DNA from: an uncultured Planctomycetota bacterium
Lineage (GTDB): Bacteria; Planctomycetota; PLA2; JAEUHO01
Length of the DNA: 64,000 bases
Direction of reading: 5' to 3'
NCBI GenBank assembly: GCA_963752285.1
Contig: CAVVXN010000003.1
Location: forward strand, 160,001-224,000
The translations under genes and the position numbers were made by a program. The first letter of the stretch is position 1, and every line of letters starts with the position of its first letter. The notes under the pieces were generated by a model that saw nothing but the letters and a program-made list of their open reading frames with translations, did no database searches and was not told where the DNA came from. Of this stretch, positions 19,967 through 30,400 are shown one piece after another.

Positions 19967-21409
19967 ATGACCGCCCCCCTGCTGATCGGCGTCCCGTTCG
20001 CGTTCGCCCTGCTGGCGGCCCTGTGGCCGAGCGAGCGTACGCGTCCGTGGCTGCTCCCGGCCGCGGCCGTGATCCACGCGGGACTCGCGTTCACGGCGCT
20101 CCTCCATCCCCCGGTCGTGGAGGAGGGAGCCTGGCTCGCCTTCGACCCGCTGTGTCGCGCGGTCCTGCCCGCCGTCTCGCTGCTCTTCCTCGGATGCGCG
20201 TGCTACGCCGTGCCGTACCTGCGACTGCGCCGGGAACGCTCGAACCGCGTCTTCGTGCCGGCGTTGCTCGTCGCGCTCGGCCTCATGAGCGCGGCGCACA
20301 TGGCGCGACACCTCGGCCTGCTCTGGATCGCGGCGGAGGGACTCACGCTCGCGTCCGTCCCGCTCCTGCACTTCAATCGGACCCCCTCCGCGTACGAGGC
20401 GACGTGGAAGTACCTCCTCGTCGGCGGCACGGGGATCGCTCTCTCGCTGCTGGGGTCGTTCGCGCTGGGCTACGCCTCGCTCTACGGGGGGGGCACGGGC
20501 GACATGACCTTCGCGGCGTTGGCGGCGCAGGGCGCGCATCTCTCCCGGCCCTGGGTGCTCGCCGCCTGGGTCCTGCTCCTCGTGGGCTACGGCACCAAGA
20601 TGGGACTCGCGCCCATGCACACGTGGAAGCCCGACGCGTACGGCGAGGCGCCGGGCATCGTCGGCGCGATGCTCGCGGGCGGCGTGACCACCGTCGGCTT
20701 CACGGCCGTCCTCCGCGTCCGCGCGGTGGTGGACGCGGCGGGGGAGGGCGCGGTGGCCAGCCGGACGCTGCTCGCCCTCGGCCTCCTGTCCACGCTGCTC
20801 GCGGCGCTGTTCCTCCTCTCGACCCGGGACTTCAAGCGGATGCTCGCCTACTCGAGCGTCGAGCACATGGGCATCCTGAGCCTCGGCGCGGCGTTCGGCG
20901 CCGCGGGGACGTGGGCCGCCCTGTTCCACGTCTGGAACAACGGCGTGACGAAGGGATCGCTCTTCCTCTCCGCGGGCAACCTCCGCCGCGCCGCCGGCGG
21001 GCGCACGCTCGACGACGTACGTGGTCTCTCGCTCGTCACCCCGCGCTCCGCCGCGCTCTTCGTGGCGGGGCTCTTCGCGGCCACGGCGTGTCCCCCGTTC
21101 GGCCCGTTCTTCAGCGAGATCGGGGTCCTCGGCGCCGCGTTTCGCGCGGGTTCGCCGGGTGCGGCGGCCCTGTTCCTCGTGGCCTTGCTCCTCGCGTTCC
21201 TCGGCCTCGGCCGCGTGGTCCGCGCGGTGCTCTTCTCGCGCCCGCGGCCCGCGCCACCGGGCGGCCCCGCCCGCACGCGCGAGACGGTGGGCGTCCTCTT
21301 GCCGCCGCTCGCGCTGCTCGTCGTGGCGGTCTGGCTGGGCGTCGCGACGCCGCCGGTGCTCGCCGAGGCGTGGTCGGCGGCGGTACGCCAGCTCGGAGGC
21401 GCTCCGTGA
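19967..21409 (+). CDS. hyfF: HyfF-like proton-translocating membrane subunit
   Basis: EATWKY, GYGTKMGLAPMHTWKPDAYGEAP, KRMLAYSSVEHMG and PPFGPFFSE motifs. Confidence 0.88.
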   Translation: MTAPLLIGVPFAFALLAALWPSERTRPWLLPAAAVIHAGLAFTALLHPPVVEEGAWLAFDPLCRAVLPAVSLLFLGCACYAVPYLRLRRERSNRVFVPALLVALGLMSAAHMARHLGLLWIAAEGLTLASVPLLHFNRTPSAYEATWKYLLVGGTGIALSLLGSFALGYASLYGGGTGDMTFAALAAQGAHLSRPWVLAAWVLLLVGYGTKMGLAPMHTWKPDAYGEAPGIVGAMLAGGVTTVGFTAVLRVRAVVDAAGEGAVASRTLLALGLLSTLLAALFLLSTRDFKRMLAYSSVEHMGILSLGAAFGAAGTWAALFHVWNNGVTKGSLFLSAGNLRRAAGGRTLDDVRGLSLVTPRSAALFVAGLFAATACPPFGPFFSEIGVLGAAFRAGSPGAAALFLVALLLAFLGLGRVVRAVLFSRPRPAPPGGPARTRETVGVLLPPLALLVVAVWLGVATPPVLAEAWSAAVRQLGGAP

Positions 21410-22887
21410 CGCCGCCGGCACCCTTCACGAGGCTCGGGAACGGCGACGCGCTCTCGTGGGCGGACCTCGCGGAGGTCCCGGCCGCGGACCTCTCGGACGC
21501 GACCGGCGCCCAGCTCGACCGAGGCGCCCGCCTGGCGAGCCTCTTCGGCGTCGAGGACGGACGGGGCACGCGTCTCGTCGTCGTGCTCGCGTACGACGCG
21601 GCGGGCGAGCTCGCCATCGGCCGGACCCGACCCTTCACGGGCGCCTTCCCCTCGCTCACGGCGTCGCACGCCGAGGCGCACCTGTTCGAGCGCGAGGTCT
21701 TCGAGCAGCACGGGCTCGTTCCCGAGGGCCACCCGTGGCTCCGTCCGGTGCGCCGTGCGTCCGCGGCGGGACCGGCAACCGGCGACTTCTTCCGGGTCGA
21801 CGGCGGCGAGGTCCACGAGGTCGCCGTCGGTCCCGTGCACGCGGGGGTCATCGAGCCCGGCCACTTCCGCTTCCAGTGCGCGGGCGAGGAGGTGATCCAC
21901 CTCGAGATCGCGTTGGGCTACCAGCACCGCGGTGTCGAGGAGGCGCTCGTCGGCGGGCCGCACCGCACGACGGCGATCCAGATGGAGACGGTGGCGGGCG
22001 ACTCGACCGCGGCACACGCGACCGCGTACGCGGAGATCGTGGAGGCGCTCGCGGGGACCGAGGCGCCGCTCCGCGCCGCCTGGCTCCGCGCGATCGCGCT
22101 CGAGCTCGAACGACTCGCGAACCACACGGGCGACCTCGGCGCCCTGGCGGGCGACGTGGCGTTCCTCCCGACGGCCGCGGCGTGCGGCAAGACGCGCGGC
22201 GACTTCCTGAACCTGACGGCGGAGCTCTGCGGGAACCGGTTCTCGCGCGGGCTGGTCCGCCCCGGCGGCGTGACCCGAGCGCTGGACGCGGACCGCGCGT
22301 CGCGCGTGGAGGGGCGCCTCGCCACGGCGCTCGAGGACGCCGAGCGTGCGGCGCGCTGGCTCTGGGACTCCGCGTCCGCCCGTGCGCGCTTCGAAGGGAC
22401 CGGAACGCTCACGGGCAAGGACGCCGCACAGCTCGGTCTGGTCGGGCCGGCCGCGCGGGCGTGCGGGCTCGTGCAGGACGTCCGGTACGACCACCCGACC
22501 GGCTGGTACCGCCTGGTGGAGGTCCCCGTCTCGGTCTGGCCCGACGGCGACGCCTTCGCCCGCGCCCGCGTCCGTTGGCTCGAGATCCAGCGCTCCGGCG
22601 AGCTCCTCCGCGAGGTCCTCGGGCGCGGTCCGAGGGGTCCGGAGCGCGTCGAGGTGCCGGTGCTCGCGGCCGGGCGCGTGGCGGTGTCGATGGTCGAGGG
22701 CTGGCGGGGCGAGGTCCTGCACGTCGCCCTCACGGACGCGGACGGGCGCTTCTGCCGCTACAAGATCACCGACCCGTCGTTCCACAACTGGACGGGGCTG
22801 GCCCTCGCGATGCGGGGCCAGGCGATCTCCGACTTCCCGCTCGTCAACAAGAGCTTCAACCTGAGCTACGCAGGACACGACTTGTAA
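21406..22887 (+). CDS. HyfG/HycE-like large subunit (NuoC+NuoD fusion) lacking NiFe cysteines (Ehr type)
   Basis: FEREVFE, GPVHAGVIEPGHFRF, GYQHRG, ELERLANH, EGWRGE and DPSF motifs. The two CxxC sites are replaced by ETVAGDS and FNLSYAGHDL. Confidence 0.9.
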   Translation: MTPPAPFTRLGNGDALSWADLAEVPAADLSDATGAQLDRGARLASLFGVEDGRGTRLVVVLAYDAAGELAIGRTRPFTGAFPSLTASHAEAHLFEREVFEQHGLVPEGHPWLRPVRRASAAGPATGDFFRVDGGEVHEVAVGPVHAGVIEPGHFRFQCAGEEVIHLEIALGYQHRGVEEALVGGPHRTTAIQMETVAGDSTAAHATAYAEIVEALAGTEAPLRAAWLRAIALELERLANHTGDLGALAGDVAFLPTAAACGKTRGDFLNLTAELCGNRFSRGLVRPGGVTRALDADRASRVEGRLATALEDAERAARWLWDSASARARFEGTGTLTGKDAAQLGLVGPAARACGLVQDVRYDHPTGWYRLVEVPVSVWPDGDAFARARVRWLEIQRSGELLREVLGRGPRGPERVEVPVLAAGRVAVSMVEGWRGEVLHVALTDADGRFCRYKITDPSFHNWTGLALAMRGQAISDFPLVNKSFNLSYAGHDL

Positions 22888-22889
22888 CC

Positions 22890-23681
22890 ATGGCCATCCA
22901 CGACGTGATCCTCGACCGGTGGCGGCGCGGGTGCGAGACGACCCCCTATCCGCAGGGACCGGCGCCTCGGTTGCCCGATCGCGCGACGGGGGCCCTGCGC
23001 CTCGAGCCGGCGCGCTGCACGGAAGGCTGTACGGCCTGCGTCCCGGTGTGTCCGACGAAGGCGATCCGCCGCGACGCCGGCGAGACCGTGACCCTGGACC
23101 TCGGCCGGTGCGTGTTCTGCGCGGCGTGCGTCGAGACCTGCCCGACCGGCGCCATCGTGCCGACGCACGACGCCCGCCTCGCGGCGCGCCGCCGCGAGGA
23201 TCTCGTGCTCGGTCCGGGGGGCCGGGACGAGGTCCGTCTCGCCGAGGCGCTCGACGCGCGGATGCGCCGGCTCTTCGGCCGCTCGCTGCGGCTCCGCCAG
23301 GTGAGCGCGGGCGGGTGCAACGCCTGCGAGGCCGAGACGAACGTGCTCGGGACGATCGGTTGGGACCTCTCGCGCTTCGGCGTGCAGCTCGTCGCCTCGC
23401 CGCGCCACGCCGACGGGCTCCTCGTGACGGGGCCGGTCACGCGGAACATGGCGCTCGCGCTCGAGAAGACCTGGGCGGCGGTTCCCGCGCCCAAGATCGT
23501 GATCGCGGTCGGGGCGTGCGCGATCGCGGGGGGGCCCTTCGCCGGTCTCGCCGAGTCCCACGACGGCGCGGCGTCGCGCATCCCGGTCGATCTCTTCGTG
23601 CCCGGCTGTCCCCCGCACCCCCTCACGATCCTCGACGGCCTCCTCCGTCTCCTCGGTCGGCTCACCCACGACCCATCGTGA
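22890..23681 (+). CDS. Fused 2x[4Fe-4S] ferredoxin (HyfH-like) and NuoB/HyfI-like small subunit
   Basis: CTEGCTACVPVCP and CVFCAACVETCP, then GGCNACE, SPRHAD, VGACA and VPGCPP. Confidence 0.9.
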   Translation: MAIHDVILDRWRRGCETTPYPQGPAPRLPDRATGALRLEPARCTEGCTACVPVCPTKAIRRDAGETVTLDLGRCVFCAACVETCPTGAIVPTHDARLAARRREDLVLGPGGRDEVRLAEALDARMRRLFGRSLRLRQVSAGGCNACEAETNVLGTIGWDLSRFGVQLVASPRHADGLLVTGPVTRNMALALEKTWAAVPAPKIVIAVGACAIAGGPFAGLAESHDGAASRIPVDLFVPGCPPHPLTILDGLLRLLGRLTHDPS

Positions 23682-23749
23682 GTGGCGCGGGTCGCGACGG
23701 GACCGGTGATCCGGCGCCGGTCGCTTGGCCCGTAGGATGGGCGGCCCTC

Positions 23750-25723
23750 GTGCGCGACTACCTCGACATCGTCGTCTCGCTCTACCTGGCGACCGCGCCG
23801 TACCTCGTCGTGGGGTTCCTCCTCGCGGGGCTGATCCAGGTCCTCCTCCCGGAGCGTTGGGTGGAGCGACACCTGGGGCCGGACCGGTTCCGCTCGGTCG
23901 CGATCGCGGCGGCGGCGGGGATCCCGCTCCCGCTCTGCTCGTGCTCCGTGCTGCCGACGGCGGCGGCGCTCCGCCAAAGCGGCGCGAGCAAGGGGGCCAC
24001 CACGGCGTTCCTCATCAGCACGCCCGAGACCGGAGTCGACTCGATCGGCGTCACGTGGGCCCTGCTCGATCCGCTGATGACCGTGTTGCGCCCGGTCGGG
24101 GCGCTCCTCGGCGCGCTCCTGACCGGGAGTCTGGTGAACGGGCTCGTCCGCGCGGGCTGGGACGGGTCGAGGACCTCGCCCGCGGCGGATCCGACGACGG
24201 CCCCGGTCGAGGACGCCTGCGCCTGCGGCCCGGGGTGCGAGGCCGGGGCGACCGCGCCCGCGCGCGGCGTCGTCCCGACCGTCGTGCGCGGCGCGCGCTA
24301 CGGGTTCGGGCGTCTCCTCGACGACCTGACGCCCTGGCTGGTGCTCGGCTTCCTCCTCTCGGGCGCGTTCGCGATGCTGCTTCCCGAGGGGTTCTTCGAG
24401 CACACGTTTCCGACCGGCTGGCCGGCGTACCTCCTGATGCTCGTCGCGGGGATCCCCCTCTACGTGTGCGCGGTGGCGGCGACGCCGCTCGCCGCGGTGC
24501 TGATCGCGAAGGGTCTCGACCCGGGCGCGGCGCTCGTCCTCCTGCTCGCCGGGCCCGCCACGAACGTGGCGACGATCCTCGTCGTGACGCGTGTGCTCGG
24601 GCGTCGGGTCGCAGTCGTCTACGTGCTCGGGGTCGCGGCGTCGGCGTTGCTCCTGGGCGCGGTCGCGGGAGCGATCTACCGGAGCCCGGCGCTCGACATC
24701 GCCTCCGTCGCCGCGGCGTCGCTCCGCCGCGAGTCGTCGCCCGTGCGGCTCGCCGCCGCCCTGCTCCTGCTGGTCCTCCTCCTCGCGAGCGGCGTCCGCC
24801 TCGTGCGCGCGAGGTGGCGGGTCCTTCGGCGCGGCGGGACCGCGCTCCTGCTGCTCCCGCTCGTCCTGCTCCCCGCCGTCCTCGGCCTCGCCTCGTGCGG
24901 GTCGGCGCCGGACGGCAGACGGCTCCGCGTCGTCGTGAGCGTCGCGCCCGACGCGTGGCTCGTACGCGAGGTCGCGGGAGACGACGTCGAGGTCGTGACG
25001 CTCGCAGAGCCCGGCGACGACCCGCACACGTACCAGCCGACCGACGCGCAGGTGTCGGCCGCGCTCGGCGCGCGGATCTTCTTCCGGACCGGCGTCCCGT
25101 TCGAGAACGGAGCGTGGACCCGCGCGCTCCGGGAGCGGCCGGGCATCGAGATCGTGGACCTGAGGCAGGGGCTCGTGCTGCGGCGCGTCGGCGGCGCCGA
25201 GGCGGCCGGGAGCGACGGCCGGGGCCACGGCGACGAGGAGATGGATCCTCACGTCTGGCTCGCGCCGAAGCTGCTCGAGACGGAGGCGCACACGGTCGCC
25301 GCGGCGCTCGACCGCGTGGATCCCGACGGCGCCGCCGCGCGTGCCGCCAACCTCTCGCGGCTCGTCGAGCGGCTCCGCGCGACCGACGCCGAGGTGTCGC
25401 GGATCCTCTCGCCGTACCGCGGCCGGCGCGTGTACGTGTTCCACCCCGCGTTCGGCTACCTCCTCGACGCGTACGGTCTCGTGCAGGTCGCGATCGAGGA
25501 CGAGGGGAAGGAGCCGTCCGAGGCCGACCTGACCGCGCGGATCCGACAGGCGAGGGAGGACGGCGTGCGCGCGGTCTTCGTCCAGTCGCAGGTCCAGGGC
25601 CGCGCGGCGAAGGCCCTGGCCGGCGCGCTCGGGGTGAAGGTCCTGTATCTTGACCCGCTCGCCCCGGACGTGACCGGGAACCTGGTCGTGATCGCCCGAG
25701 CCCTCGCGACCTCCTTCGATTGA
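23750..25723 (+). CDS. DUF318/ArsP-type permease fused to ZnuA-like metal-binding lipoprotein
   Basis: N-terminal half has PLCSCSVLP, STPETGVDS, YVCA and GPATN. An internal LGLASC lipobox is followed by DPHTYQP, DPHVWL and FHPAFGY. Start is GTG 23750 (or 23678). Confidence 0.82.
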   Translation: MRDYLDIVVSLYLATAPYLVVGFLLAGLIQVLLPERWVERHLGPDRFRSVAIAAAAGIPLPLCSCSVLPTAAALRQSGASKGATTAFLISTPETGVDSIGVTWALLDPLMTVLRPVGALLGALLTGSLVNGLVRAGWDGSRTSPAADPTTAPVEDACACGPGCEAGATAPARGVVPTVVRGARYGFGRLLDDLTPWLVLGFLLSGAFAMLLPEGFFEHTFPTGWPAYLLMLVAGIPLYVCAVAATPLAAVLIAKGLDPGAALVLLLAGPATNVATILVVTRVLGRRVAVVYVLGVAASALLLGAVAGAIYRSPALDIASVAAASLRRESSPVRLAAALLLLVLLLASGVRLVRARWRVLRRGGTALLLLPLVLLPAVLGLASCGSAPDGRRLRVVVSVAPDAWLVREVAGDDVEVVTLAEPGDDPHTYQPTDAQVSAALGARIFFRTGVPFENGAWTRALRERPGIEIVDLRQGLVLRRVGGAEAAGSDGRGHGDEEMDPHVWLAPKLLETEAHTVAAALDRVDPDGAAARAANLSRLVERLRATDAEVSRILSPYRGRRVYVFHPAFGYLLDAYGLVQVAIEDEGKEPSEADLTARIRQAREDGVRAVFVQSQVQGRAAKALAGALGVKVLYLDPLAPDVTGNLVVIARALATSFD

Positions 25724-26553
25724 CGCGCCCCGTGAGCCCCACCTCCGACACCCCCGTGGTCCGGCTCCGAGGCGTTTCCTTCTCGTACCCCGGCCCGGAG
25801 TCCGCCGGCCCCGCGCTCGAGGACGTGGACCTCGACGTGATGCCCGGCGACTTCGTGGGCCTGATCGGGCCGAACGGCGGCGGCAAGACCACGCTCCTCC
25901 GGATCATCCTCGGTCTCCTCGAGCCGGACGCCGGGACCGTGGAGGTGCTCGGGCGGCCGCCGCGCGAGGTCTCGCGCTGGATCGGCTACGTGCCGCAGCA
26001 GAGCCGCCTCGATCCCGACGCGCCCGCCACGGTTCTCGACGTCGCCCTGATGGGTCGGCTCGGCGCGAGCCCGTGGGGGTTCCGCCACGCGAAGGGCGAC
26101 GTGCGCCTGGCGCGGGAGGCGCTCGACCGCATGGAGGTGCTCCCGCTCGAGCGGCGGCGCGTCGGCGAGCTCTCCGGGGGCCAACGCCAGCGGGTGCTGA
26201 TCGCGCGGGCCCTGGCGTCGCAGGCCCGGATCCTCCTGCTCGACGAGCCGCTCGCCGGCGTGGACCTGCACATGGAGGCGGGCATCTTGGAGGTGCTCCA
26301 GGGGCTCCTCTCCGAGATGCCCGTGCTCCTCGTGAGTCACGACGTGAGCTTCGTCACCGCGCACGTGAAACGCGTCGCGTGCCTGAACGTGCACATGGTC
26401 GTGAGCGAGCCCGGGACGATCACCCGGAGCGTGATCGCGGAGATGTACGGGTCGCGCGGTCCCGTGCGCGCGCTCGAACACCGCGCGGGTTGTCCGACCT
26501 CCCTCGACCTGCCGGCGACGGCGCCCCGCGGCGACGCGGAGCACCGGCGATGA
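25720..26553 (+). CDS. znuC: Metal (Zn/Mn) ABC transporter ATP-binding protein
   Basis: GPNGGGKTT, IGYVPQ, LSGGQRQR, LLLDEP and VSHD motifs. Start is TTG 25720 or GTG 25732. Confidence 0.88.
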   Translation: MTRPVSPTSDTPVVRLRGVSFSYPGPESAGPALEDVDLDVMPGDFVGLIGPNGGGKTTLLRIILGLLEPDAGTVEVLGRPPREVSRWIGYVPQQSRLDPDAPATVLDVALMGRLGASPWGFRHAKGDVRLAREALDRMEVLPLERRRVGELSGGQRQRVLIARALASQARILLLDEPLAGVDLHMEAGILEVLQGLLSEMPVLLVSHDVSFVTAHVKRVACLNVHMVVSEPGTITRSVIAEMYGSRGPVRALEHRAGCPTSLDLPATAPRGDAEHRR

Positions 26554-27386
26554 TCCGCTTCTTCCAGGACATGGCGGTCAACCCGCTGCTCCTGACGGGG
26601 CTCCTCGGCGGGCTCCTCGCGGGACTCGCCTGCGGCCTGATCGGTCCCTACGTCGTCGCCCGGCGCATCGTGTTCCTCGCCGGCGCGATCGCGCACTCCG
26701 TGGTCGCGGGCGTGGGTGCGGTGATCTTCCTCCGCTACCAGCTCGACTGGCCGGCGCTCGACCCGCTCCACGGTGCGCTCGTGGCGGCGCTGCTCGCGGC
26801 CGTGCTCGTGGGGCTCGTGCACCACTACGCGCGCGAGCGGCTCGACACCCTGATCGGCGCGCTGTGGGCCGTGGGCATGGCCGTCGGCCTCATGCTCATC
26901 CGGTTCACGCCCGGCTACCAGACCGAGATCTTCTCGTACCTCTTCGGAAACGTCGCCGTCGTGAGCCGCGGCGACGTAACGCTCCTCGTCGCCCTGGACG
27001 CGGTGATCGTGGGCGTCCTCGCGCTCTACCACAAGCGGCTGACTGCGATCGTGCTCGACGAGGAGTACACGGGCGTGCAGGGCGTCAGCGTGCTCGGAAC
27101 GAACCTCGTGCTGCTGATGCTCGTGAGCCTGGCCGTCGTGGCGATGATCCGCGTGGTCGGGCTGATCCTGGTGATCGCGCTCCTGACGCTCCCTGCCGCC
27201 GTCGCCGGCCTCGCGACGCGCCGTCTCGCGCCCATGATGATCCTCTCGACGGGCCTCTGCCTCGTCCTCGTGACGATCCCGCGCGTCGCCGTGTACGGGA
27301 CGCGCGTCTCGCCGGAAGCGGCGATCGTCCTCTCGGCGGCCGGCCTGTACCTCGCCGCGCTCGCCGCCCGCCGTCTCCTCGCCTGA
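26550..27386 (+). CDS. znuB: Metal (Zn/Mn) ABC transporter permease
   Basis: IAHSVVAG, YLFGN and VGLILVIALLTLPA motifs; ATGA overlap. Confidence 0.88.
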   Translation: MIRFFQDMAVNPLLLTGLLGGLLAGLACGLIGPYVVARRIVFLAGAIAHSVVAGVGAVIFLRYQLDWPALDPLHGALVAALLAAVLVGLVHHYARERLDTLIGALWAVGMAVGLMLIRFTPGYQTEIFSYLFGNVAVVSRGDVTLLVALDAVIVGVLALYHKRLTAIVLDEEYTGVQGVSVLGTNLVLLMLVSLAVVAMIRVVGLILVIALLTLPAAVAGLATRRLAPMMILSTGLCLVLVTIPRVAVYGTRVSPEAAIVLSAAGLYLAALAARRLLA

Positions 27387-27454
27387 TCGTCCCGTGGGCG
27401 CGCACGGGCCGTGACGACGCCCGACCCGATCGACGCGCCGCCCCGGCCCGACTG

Positions 27455-30400
27455 TCAGGAGAGCAGCGCCTGGAGCTCCTCGCGGGTCAACGTGCCGAGC
27501 GCGCGCGCGTCCTCGCCGATGACGGCGTCGGCGAGGGCGCGCTTCTCGGCCTGGAGCTCGAGGACCTTCTCCTCGACGGTGTCCCGCGCGATCAACCGGT
27601 AGCTCATCACGGGCCGCTTCTGGCCGATCCGGTGGGCGCGGTCCACGGCCTGTCGCTCCACGGCCGGGTTCCACCAGGGATCCAGCAGGAACACGTAGTC
27701 CGCGGCGGTGAGGTTCAGGCCGAGGCCGCCCGCCTTGAGGCTGATCAGGAAGACCCGGCACGACTCGTCGGACTGGAAGTGGTCCACCTTGGCCTTGCGG
27801 TCGCGCGTCCGACCGTCGAGGTACTCGTACGGGATGCCGCGCTCGTCCAGTCGCGCGCGGACGATCGCGAGGAGCTTCGTGAACTGGGAGAAGACGAGCG
27901 CCTTGTGCGTTCCCTCCGCGATCTCCTCCAGGTGCGGGAGCAACGCGTCCAGCTTCGCCGACGACTCGTCGCGACGGCCCGGGTCGAGGAGGCCGGGGTG
28001 ACACGCGGCCTGGCGCAGACGGAGCAAGGCTTCGAGGACGTGGATCCTCATCTGCGACACGGGCGCGGTGCCCGCCTTGGCCGCCAGCGTCGTGCGCACG
28101 TGATCGCGGATCCTCTCGTACTCCTTGCGTTCCCGGCCGCGAAGCTCGCAATGGAGCACCTGCTCGGCCTTGGGAGGAAGGTCGGAGAGGACCTGCTCCT
28201 TGGTCCGCCGGAGGACGAAGGGCCGGACGGCCCGCGCGAGGCGCGTGCGGTCGTCCGGCGAGAACGACCGGCCGTTGCCGGCCGCGAAGAGCGACCGAAA
28301 CGAGCGAGCGCGGCCCAGCATCCCCGGGTTCAGGAACTCGAAGAGCGACCAGAGCTCGCCGAGGTGATTCTCGATCGGCGTGCCGCTGAGCGCCAACCGG
28401 TGCTGCGCGTCGAGCAGACGGGCGGCCTTCGCCGACTGGCTCTGGGGGTTCTTGATGGCCTGCGCCTCGTCGAGGACGACGTGGTCGAACGGGATCTCCC
28501 TCAGATCGACCACGTCCCGGCGCAGCGTCCCGTACGTCGTCACCACGAGGTGGTGTTCACCGATCCTCGACCTGGCCTCGCGCCGATCGAGCCCGGTGTA
28601 GTCGAGCACCCGGAGGTGCGGCGCGAACCGCTTCGCCTCCTCGACCCAGTTGTGCACGACGGACCGCGGGGCGACCACGAGCGACGGGCGCCTCTTCCGC
28701 GCGCCGCCGCGTCGCTTCCCGTCGAGCAGCGCGAGGACCTGGACGGTCTTGCCGAGCCCCATGTCGTCGGCAAGGCAGCCGCCCAGGCCGGTGCGTTCGA
28801 GGAACCGGAGCCAGCCGAGGCCTTCCCGCTGGTAGGGCCGGAGCTCGCCTTCGAAGCTGTCGGGCTCCGTCTCCGGGTGGACGCCGTCGAACGTCCGGAG
28901 TCGCCGCCGGAGCCGCTGGAATTGCCGATCGACCGCGACGCCCTGCCGGTCGGCGAGGAGCGCGTCGAGAAGCCACGCCTGGCTCGAGCGAAACCGGAGT
29001 CCCGCGCCTTCCTCGGTCGCGAGCGCGAGGGCCAGGCCCCAGCTCTCGAGCCAGCGCTCCGGGAGGAGCCCCAGGGAGCCGTCGCCGAGCCGGACCACGC
29101 CGTCCGCCGCGCGCGCCGCCTCGAGGAGGGACGGGAGCGGCACCGGCTCCCCGTCGAAGTCCATGATCCCTTCGAGGTCGAACCAGTCCACGCCGCTTCG
29201 AACGGAGAGGTGGAACGCGCCGGGGGCCCGATACCGCCGACCGTCCGCCTCGACCTGCCAGCCCTCCCCGAGCAGCGTCCGCACGATCTCCGGCAACGAC
29301 TTCGTCGGGACGTGTCCGTCGAAGCGCGTATTGCCCGGGGCCGCCGCGCGACCGCCGGCCTCGAGGAAGCGGCCGAGCGCACGACGTTCGAGCTCGGGGT
29401 CGCGTCGAACCGGGTTGCCGTCGGGGTCGAGGAGGAGGGCGCGGGCCTCGGCGGCGCCGACGCTCGCCCCGTCGTACACGAAGTGGATCCGACACGGCAG
29501 CTCGCGGAGCCTTCCTCCGGTGCGATCCGGGCCCTCGACGTGCAGTCGCGGCACCGGCGCGACGGCGCGGGGTCTCGGGAGGCGCTCGATCTCGAGGAGG
29601 GGCGGGCCGGGCAGCGCGAGGAGGAGCCCGATCACCTCGTCGCGCGCCCGCGCGGGGCCGTCGAGGGGGCCGTGGAGCCGGAGCGCGGTCACCCAGGGCA
29701 TCGCGCCGCCGTGGTCGAAGCCGGCGAGACGCCCGTCGAGCACGAGGAGTCCGCGTTCCAGGAGGATGTCGGGCTCCGCGAGGGCGCGTCGCTCGCCGTC
29801 CCGGACGAGGACGCCCTCCACGACCACCCGCTTCCCGTCCCTTCCTCCCGTGAGCCGCAGGCAGAGTCGCCAGGGCGGCCCTTCGTCCAGCTCCAGCGGC
29901 TCCGAGGGCGCGTGGTCCGCCGAGGCCCTCACGGTCAACTGGCCCGCGCGGCACAGCGCCGGCAGGTGGTCCAGGAGCGCGGTCTCGGCGAGCGCGCGCG
30001 ACACGACCGCGGGCCCGGGACGCGCCCAGGGGTTGCGCCACGCATCCGCCGTGGGCTCGAGGAGTGCGAGCGCAACGCGGTCTTCGGGCGCGGGGTCCCA
30101 ACGAAGCGCGGTCCGCGCAGCGTCGAGCGGCCGTGCGACGCTCCACCCGCCGCGCGCGAGCCTCGTCTGCCACAGCACGTCGAGCCGGAACCGGCCGTGG
30201 CGCCGCGCGCTCTCGACGTCGATCGCGTAGAGCACGCGGTCGTTCGGCTCCTCCAGGCCCGCAAACGCCTGTCGCTCCGGCGCGGCCCGCGCCACGAGTC
30301 CGTCCAGGCGTGCTCGGAAGTCGGGGACCCGCGCCGGCCGGACCTCGGTGGCGAGTCGCGCGAGATCGAGGTGCGCGCGGTCCGTCTCGTCGTCGTCCAC

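Noticed and set aside
21406..22887. Functional [NiFe]-hydrogenase / formate hydrogenlyase
   Set aside because: All four Ni/Fe-ligating cysteines are absent and there are no maturation genes.
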